Positions 59,300-64,000 of a stretch of 64,000 nt of DNA are shown here, one piece after another. The notes beneath the pieces are model-generated. The model was not told the DNA's origin, made no database searches, and saw nothing but the letters and a program-made list of their open reading frames with translations. This stretch comes from a virus (taxonomy: Duplodnaviria > Caudoviricetes). The DNA lies in the IMG/VR virus record IMGVR_UViG_3300028025_003146, positions 21,742-85,741 of that record, one strand, 5' to 3'. Within the stretch, counting starts at the first letter, position 1, and each line of letters begins with the position of its first letter. The translations under genes were made by a program, and so were the position numbers.

Positions 59300-59665
59300 A
59301 TGGGCGACAGAGCAAACTTTGGATTCAAGCAATCTAATGACACTACTATCTTTCTATATGGACACTGGGCGGGCCACGGTATGTTGGAGCGCTTAGCGAA
59401 TGCGGTTGAGACTGCACGTCCAAGGTGGACGGATGAGTCATATGCAACACGTATTTGTGTGTCACAAATGGTAGGCGAAGACTGGAAAGCAGAAACAGGC
59501 TGGGGCTTAAGTGTTAATAGAATTCTAGACAATGAGCACAAGATTCCCGTCATCGATTGGGCCACTCAAACATTTACTTTATTTGAAGAGGACCTGACTA
59601 CAGAAGTGTTTAGTTTATCTTTAGATAAATTCTGCAGCAAATACAGTCAACTAGTTATGGTATAA
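59300..59665 (+). CDS. Hypothetical early protein
   Basis: MGDRANF...IFLYGHWAG...RPRWTDESYATRI. Confidence 0.75.
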   Translation: MGDRANFGFKQSNDTTIFLYGHWAGHGMLERLANAVETARPRWTDESYATRICVSQMVGEDWKAETGWGLSVNRILDNEHKIPVIDWATQTFTLFEEDLTTEVFSLSLDKFCSKYSQLVMV

Positions 59666-59788
59666 TTGGAGTAGGTCCAGGGACCTTCTTCATGAGTACA
59701 GGTGCGGCTACCAGGGGATCCCCCAAGTCGCTAAGCAATGCAGGGCTTTTTACTTTCGTTGGTAGATCCTAGCGGCCTTTACTTTCTT

Positions 59789-59816
59789 AACCCTCAGCGC
59801 AAGCTGGGGGTTTTTG
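59789..59816 (+). terminator. Intrinsic terminator
   Basis: AACCCTCAGC-GCAA-GCTGGGGGTT-TTT. Confidence 0.8.
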
Positions 59817-59993
59817 CTTGCCCGCAAAAGCAGAGGGTATCATATTTTGTTTACGAGATCAAATTAAATTTCCCTGGAATTTTGTGATCTTGACCACATA
59901 GCTTGGAAAATGTGGTGTGAAACACACCCAAATAGTATTCCAAATGTCAGTGGTCCATTGTATAATTGGAACATATCAACGAAAGGATATAAA

Positions 59994-60785
59994 ATGCCAA
60001 ATTGGTGTTATAACACATTAACTATCCAAGGACCTAAGTCTGAGGTAGATATGATTAAAGATAGATTGAATAAGCCTTTTACATTAGCACAAGAGACTTA
60101 TGGTATGGGTGATATTTCTACTATGGGGTTCCCCACCAAAATTGAACAGGTAACTTATTCTAATCCTGTCTTTGCTTTCTTTAATATCCACTCATATAAA
60201 GATGAAGGTATTACTGATGAGGAATATGCCTGCCAGCCTTCTCGTGGTGGTATAGATATTCAGAATGACCCTGATTGGTTCCGCAAATCTGTTGAGTTTG
60301 CTAAGACTCAGAAGGATTGGTATTCTTGGAATAATTCTAATTGGGGAACTAAATGGGATGTAGCCGTCCGTGACGGAGATGAATATCCAAATACAGAACT
60401 ACTTGAATATAAATCTGAGGGTGATGACAATTGGGTTGTCTACAAATATGAGACTGCTTGGTCACCTGCTGTAACTATCTTAACTAAACTATCTAATCTT
60501 GTTCCTAACTGCCTACTCACATTAGAGTATGAGGAAGAAACAGGCTGGGGTGGGGAATATGAGATTGTCCGTGGTGAAGTAAAGGAACTATTAGAATATG
60601 AGAACCGTTGCTATGCTTGCCAGTCTTTTGATTGTGTTGAGTATTGTGAGAATGACTGCGGTGAATTCTGCTCAGAATGTAATCAAGGCTCTTGGCAGGA
60701 TGATAAGGCAATGGCAGAATGTCAGACCCATAGTGTATTATTACCTTTGAAAACCTACACACAAGAGGAGGCATTAAATGTCTGA
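59994..60785 (+). CDS. DUF1281 / YubB-like ferredoxin-fold protein
   Basis: MPNWCYNTLTIQG, DWYSWNNSNWGTKWD, YETAWSP; start 59994 with GAAAGGA Shine-Dalgarno. Confidence 0.8.
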   Translation: MPNWCYNTLTIQGPKSEVDMIKDRLNKPFTLAQETYGMGDISTMGFPTKIEQVTYSNPVFAFFNIHSYKDEGITDEEYACQPSRGGIDIQNDPDWFRKSVEFAKTQKDWYSWNNSNWGTKWDVAVRDGDEYPNTELLEYKSEGDDNWVVYKYETAWSPAVTILTKLSNLVPNCLLTLEYEEETGWGGEYEIVRGEVKELLEYENRCYACQSFDCVEYCENDCGEFCSECNQGSWQDDKAMAECQTHSVLLPLKTYTQEEALNV

Positions 60786-62493
60786 GCAATTTATAGACAC
60801 AATAGCAGAGCACATTACAGGCGCTATTCAACAGGAAATCTCTGAGCACCTATTTGACCAATGGTCTGCAAAGAATTTAGATGAAGGTCCTGACTACGCA
60901 GAGCATATGTTTATGCAATTTGCGTCAGACGGACTAAAGCAACAGTATAACGAATACTATGGCTACATAGAGGGAGATGAATACTTACTATGAAAAACTA
61001 TGCATTCGTAATTAAATTAGCAGGTAGTGTAATGGCTAATAATGAGAAGGAAGCACATAATAAAATTAATGCTCATCTAGACGAACTAGGTGAAGTAGAT
61101 AGTTCAAGATATGATTTAGGTTGGCCTGAAGTATCTTGGGATATGGAATATGACTTATGCTAGGTTATACTGAATCCGATCTAAATAGGATGATTAATGC
61201 TGTTCACGATGCTAAGTTATTCTATCTTAGATACCCGTCCGATTTAATGGACAAGACAGAACTTAGAACTGATTTAGAAATGGCGGTCAGCTTTATGCAA
61301 GGCCTATGGGCGGAGGGCTACTTTGACTAAGTCATCAAGGTTTATGGAGTATCTAAAGATACATCTAATTAGTTTAGAGCAGGACTTAGAACAGATTGAT
61401 TATGTAAATGGTCATCACTTCTATAGAGTCAAGCAAGCAGAGATTGAGAATACCAGGCACATTTTGTCAGTGGCGACTGATATAATGAATGAATCTAACG
61501 AAAGGGTATATGGATGAAACTATCATCAGAAGTAAAGGAAGACCTGCAGGACCAAGCCGACCAAATCATTTACTTTGAAGCAGCAATGTCCAATGAGGAC
61601 AAAGCCTCCAAAGCGGTCTATGAGCGCCTTGTAGAGATTTACAAGGTTGCATTCAAGGAAGGTGCCAAGAGCAAATGACACCTGAAGACATTGGACTACC
61701 ACCACACCTGCAACGTCTAGTTAATTATGATGTTAATGGATTAGATATAATGCACGGTGAACTAAAGAATCTAATGCTAATGGCTGAGCAAGACTTAGCA
61801 AGCGCATTAGAGCAAGAGGAGTTGTCTGAAGAGGCAATGGATTCTATGGTCCGAACAGAATGTGAAGGACGACTAGATACTCTAACAGAACTATATAATC
61901 TAACATACCAACTATCGTTTGCTATAGCAGAAAGGCAAGGGCAAAAAGTATGACATACGAGCCAAGTCTGGAAATCCTGGAAGTTGAATACTCTTGTAGT
62001 CCAGGAGGAGTTGATCTATTTGAAGTATATGATAAATCTGATATACCTTTGGATATGCCAATATATGAGACAGAAGATTTGACCAAAGCGGTCCTATTCT
62101 GTTACAATTTAGGAAAAGACTTTACCGTCAGAACATTAGCGGAATGGAATGAAAGGGAGTTAGCATATGAAGCCTGATGATAAGATTAAACTAAATGAAT
62201 GTTTGAAGATTCTTGATTCCACCGACCTTGGATTATCCCTGGTTTGGTTATGGACATGGAGCACAATTAAAGGAATTCTAGAGGACGAGACCTACAGGGC
62301 CAGTGTTACTGAGGACCAGATGTGGGACAACCTCTGTGAGGCCGTGGAGGCGGGTATGGGCTTCTCTCTGGAGTATGGGGCAGAGCAACATAACGAAGAC
62401 GTCCTTGAATGGATGTTGAACCGTGACTACATTGTAGACACAATGTTTGAGGAAGAGGAAGACGAAGAGGATAAAGAAGATGAAGATGAGTGA
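60778..62493 (+). CDS. Run of small, mostly acidic early genes (60778..60993, 61323..61517, 61675..61953, 61950..62177, 62167..62493 and shorter ORFs)
   Basis: Overlapping stop/start junctions and Shine-Dalgarno sites. Confidence 0.65.
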
Positions 62494-62718
62494 TCAACAC
62501 ATTGACGCCGTCCTCGCAGAGGCCCAAAAGCTTCTGTGGGGCGGATCCGAGACTGAGAACATTGCAGCTCACAACCTTATATCTAAACTAATACAAGATC
62601 GTATGTCAGAAACAACTTTAAACTAAGGGCAAATTGTCCGCTTTACGGCAGGTATTTACAAACCCGTGAAAATCTGCTACAATTAATGAAACAACTTATC
62701 TCGAAAGGATAAAACCAA

Positions 62719-62871
62719 ATGCAAACAAAGCGTGAATATCTCAAGCAGCAAGGAATTACAGTGGGTGTACGTGGACGTTTCTCAGGAGCTGCTAAGGTAG
62801 CTATCCAGGAAGCTATCAGCAAGGGCGTTACATTCTCAGATCCACAGCCAGTTACCAAGAAGGCTAAGTAA
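62719..62871 (+). CDS. Lsr2-like DNA-binding protein (C-terminal domain only, 50 aa)
   Basis: KREYLKQQGITVGVRGRFS resembles the Lsr2 IREWA..NG..VS.RGRI AT-hook; GAAAGGA Shine-Dalgarno; missed by the ORF track. Confidence 0.7.
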   Translation: MQTKREYLKQQGITVGVRGRFSGAAKVAIQEAISKGVTFSDPQPVTKKAK

Positions 62872-62878
62872 ATAGATC

Positions 62879-62919
62879 GGAGGGGTGGTGGACGAGAGTT
62901 GCCACCCCTCCCCATTTTT
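62879..62919 (+). terminator. Intrinsic terminator
   Basis: GGAGGGGTGGTG/TGCCACCCCTCC stem followed by a T-run. Confidence 0.7.
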
Positions 62920-62957
62920 GATATAATGAGTAGTTACCAAGGCGGAAGGCGGAGTAG

Positions 62958-63380
62958 ATGAAGACTAGAGAAATCAAAGTAGCAGAACAGTTAGTTAATC
63001 TAACAGAAGACCATTGGTTTAATCCTGCCATATTGGCAAGATATCTAACAGACCAACCATTTTATACAGTTGACCGCATTATGGAATTAGTTGCTCAGAT
63101 TATTCGTTGGGAAGCAAACAGATATAATGATGAATTAACTACAGATTCAGGCATATATGATTCAGGTCTAACATCTGAAGGATTGTTCCTAGCAAATGAA
63201 TTAAATAAAACTCTTAATAGATTAATTAAGACTTACAAATGGGAGAATCTAAAACTTCCAATCGACCCTGACAAGTTCATCAAGAAGTTGCCAAAGGTGG
63301 AGGAAAAGAGTTATAGACATTCCTGGTTGCATGACAAGGATACCAGGACCCATGTAACGATTGACCATCCATTCATCTAA
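62958..63380 (+). CDS. Hypothetical protein
   Basis: 140 aa; GGAG Shine-Dalgarno. Confidence 0.7.
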   Translation: MKTREIKVAEQLVNLTEDHWFNPAILARYLTDQPFYTVDRIMELVAQIIRWEANRYNDELTTDSGIYDSGLTSEGLFLANELNKTLNRLIKTYKWENLKLPIDPDKFIKKLPKVEEKSYRHSWLHDKDTRTHVTIDHPFI

Positions 63381-63604
63381 TGGGTAAGTTAGTCCAAAAG
63401 GTTGAGGGTCCATTTCCTACACCGCAGCAATTAAATAAATGGCTAAAACAAAATGGGGATAACCTACCGAAGGTAGGCTTCCGTGCAGCCAACTTCAAAA
63501 CGATCAACAATTGCACATCAGCTCCAGCTTTATTAAAGACAAGGCGGAAGACGGGGATAGCTCTTATCAATGCTAGAAAGATAAGAAACATCAAAGTCCA
63601 TTAG
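63380..63604 (+). CDS. Small basic hypothetical protein
   Basis: TAATG-coupled start. Confidence 0.55.
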   Translation: MGKLVQKVEGPFPTPQQLNKWLKQNGDNLPKVGFRAANFKTINNCTSAPALLKTRRKTGIALINARKIRNIKVH

Positions 63605-63639
63605 ATTTAACTAAAGGCAACATATACTTAGTTGGTTAG

Positions 63640-64000
63640 TATATGGCCCAAATTATCCACAGGGTTATCCACATCCTGTGGATTTTTTGTGTGTGGGCAT
63701 GTGGGCAAATTTTTTCCTTTACGACAGATCAAAAAAAATCCCTGAAATTGTGGGCAGATTTTCTCGTTTACGAGAGCATATTAAAAATCCCTCAAAATGT
63801 CGACAAATCTATATAGAATCATATAGATCTATATATAAACATATACTAAATCTAATAGAATGTGATCAAAATATGCCAGAATTTGTCAGAATTTTTCTAC
63901 GAAAATCTATTGACAATGAGGGCAAAATATGCCATTTACGAGGCTATTGACAAAATCCCTGAAATTTGGTAGATGTGTCCATATGCCTCCAAGGAAAATT
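63640..64000. other. Origin-like non-coding region (DnaA boxes, tandem 49-bp units, AT-rich tract)
   Basis: DnaA boxes at 63653, 63665, 63677; units at 63700, 63749, 63917; AT-rich 63806..63860. Confidence 0.55.

Larger units (their letters stand above)
49829..59926. promoter_or_regulatory. CRP-type sites TGTGA-N6-TCACA
   Basis: Perfect at 50227, 52022, 52045, 54653, 55265, 56730; 1-2 mismatches at 49829, 51228, 53410, 57997, 59883, 59911. Confidence 0.8.
49883..61486 (+). promoter_or_regulatory. 16 dispersed TGTCRG-N10-TANNNT promoters (PafBC / RecA-NDp type)
   Basis: TGTC starts at 49883, 50272, 51282, 52108, 52644, 53453, 53717, 54702, 55318, 55557, 56784, 58050, 58217 (TGTCAT), 59945, 60720 and 61465; every spacer is exactly 10 nt. 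Confidence 0.9.
51168..63685. promoter_or_regulatory. DnaA boxes in four clusters
   Basis: TTATCCACA at 51168, 51221, 54611, 54632, 56686, 63653, 63665; variants at 51180, 51191, 56709, 63677. Confidence 0.85.
51923..63965 (+). repeat. Dispersed fixed-spacing motif GGG(N)-N12-TTACG-N16-CCCTGRAA
   Basis: TTACG-position cores at 51953, 53403, 54623, 56698, 58010, 59851, 62643, 63719, 63768, 63936. Confidence 0.85.

Noticed and set aside
63678-63950. 90-aa ORF at the right end; likewise 49556..49843, 51983..52219 and 51998..52198
   Set aside because: They overlie regulatory or repeat blocks and lack a convincing Shine-Dalgarno or protein-like composition.
49800-64000. CRISPR array or integron attC array from the repeated intergenic blocks
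   Set aside because: Repeats are degenerate, irregularly spaced and separated by whole genes; no cas or integrase gene is visible.
49800-64000. LexA (SOS) boxes explaining the damage-type promoters
   Set aside because: I saw no actinobacterial CGAAC-N4-GTTCG site in the promoter blocks, consistent with the LexA-independent motif.

Overview
This window is a 64-kb slice of a large, long-tailed dsDNA phage genome (siphovirus-type architecture). The host is most likely an actinobacterium, inferred from an Lsr2-like gene, a Gp88-like gene, leaderless genes and actinobacterial promoter motifs; the low GC would fit freshwater acI-type hosts. Positions 1-46.5 kb (minus strand) hold a glycosyltransferase, a class II ribonucleotide reductase, a holin, ~28 kb of tail-fibre and receptor-binding genes, then portal, protease, capsid, neck, major tail, frameshifted chaperones and a >2185-aa tape measure missed by the ORF track. 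The fibre region contains two paralogous modules and a U32-methyltransferase plus transporter cassette. Positions 46.5-49.7 kb are a junction with a lytic transglycosylase, an HNH gene and a stand-alone sRNA candidate. Positions 49.8-64 kb (plus strand) are an early-type region of small genes and tRNA-Asp. The main finding is regulatory. Sixteen promoters there read TGTC(A/G)G-N10-TANNNT (one has TGTCAT), the actinobacterial PafBC / RecA-independent DNA-damage promoter. Their upstream blocks carry helically phased CRP sites, perfect DnaA boxes, GACAC boxes and an unexplained fixed-spacing motif GGG(N)-N12-TTACG-N16-CCCTGRAA that becomes an origin-like tandem array at the right end. Product calls rest on motif recognition and synteny only; no searches were run.
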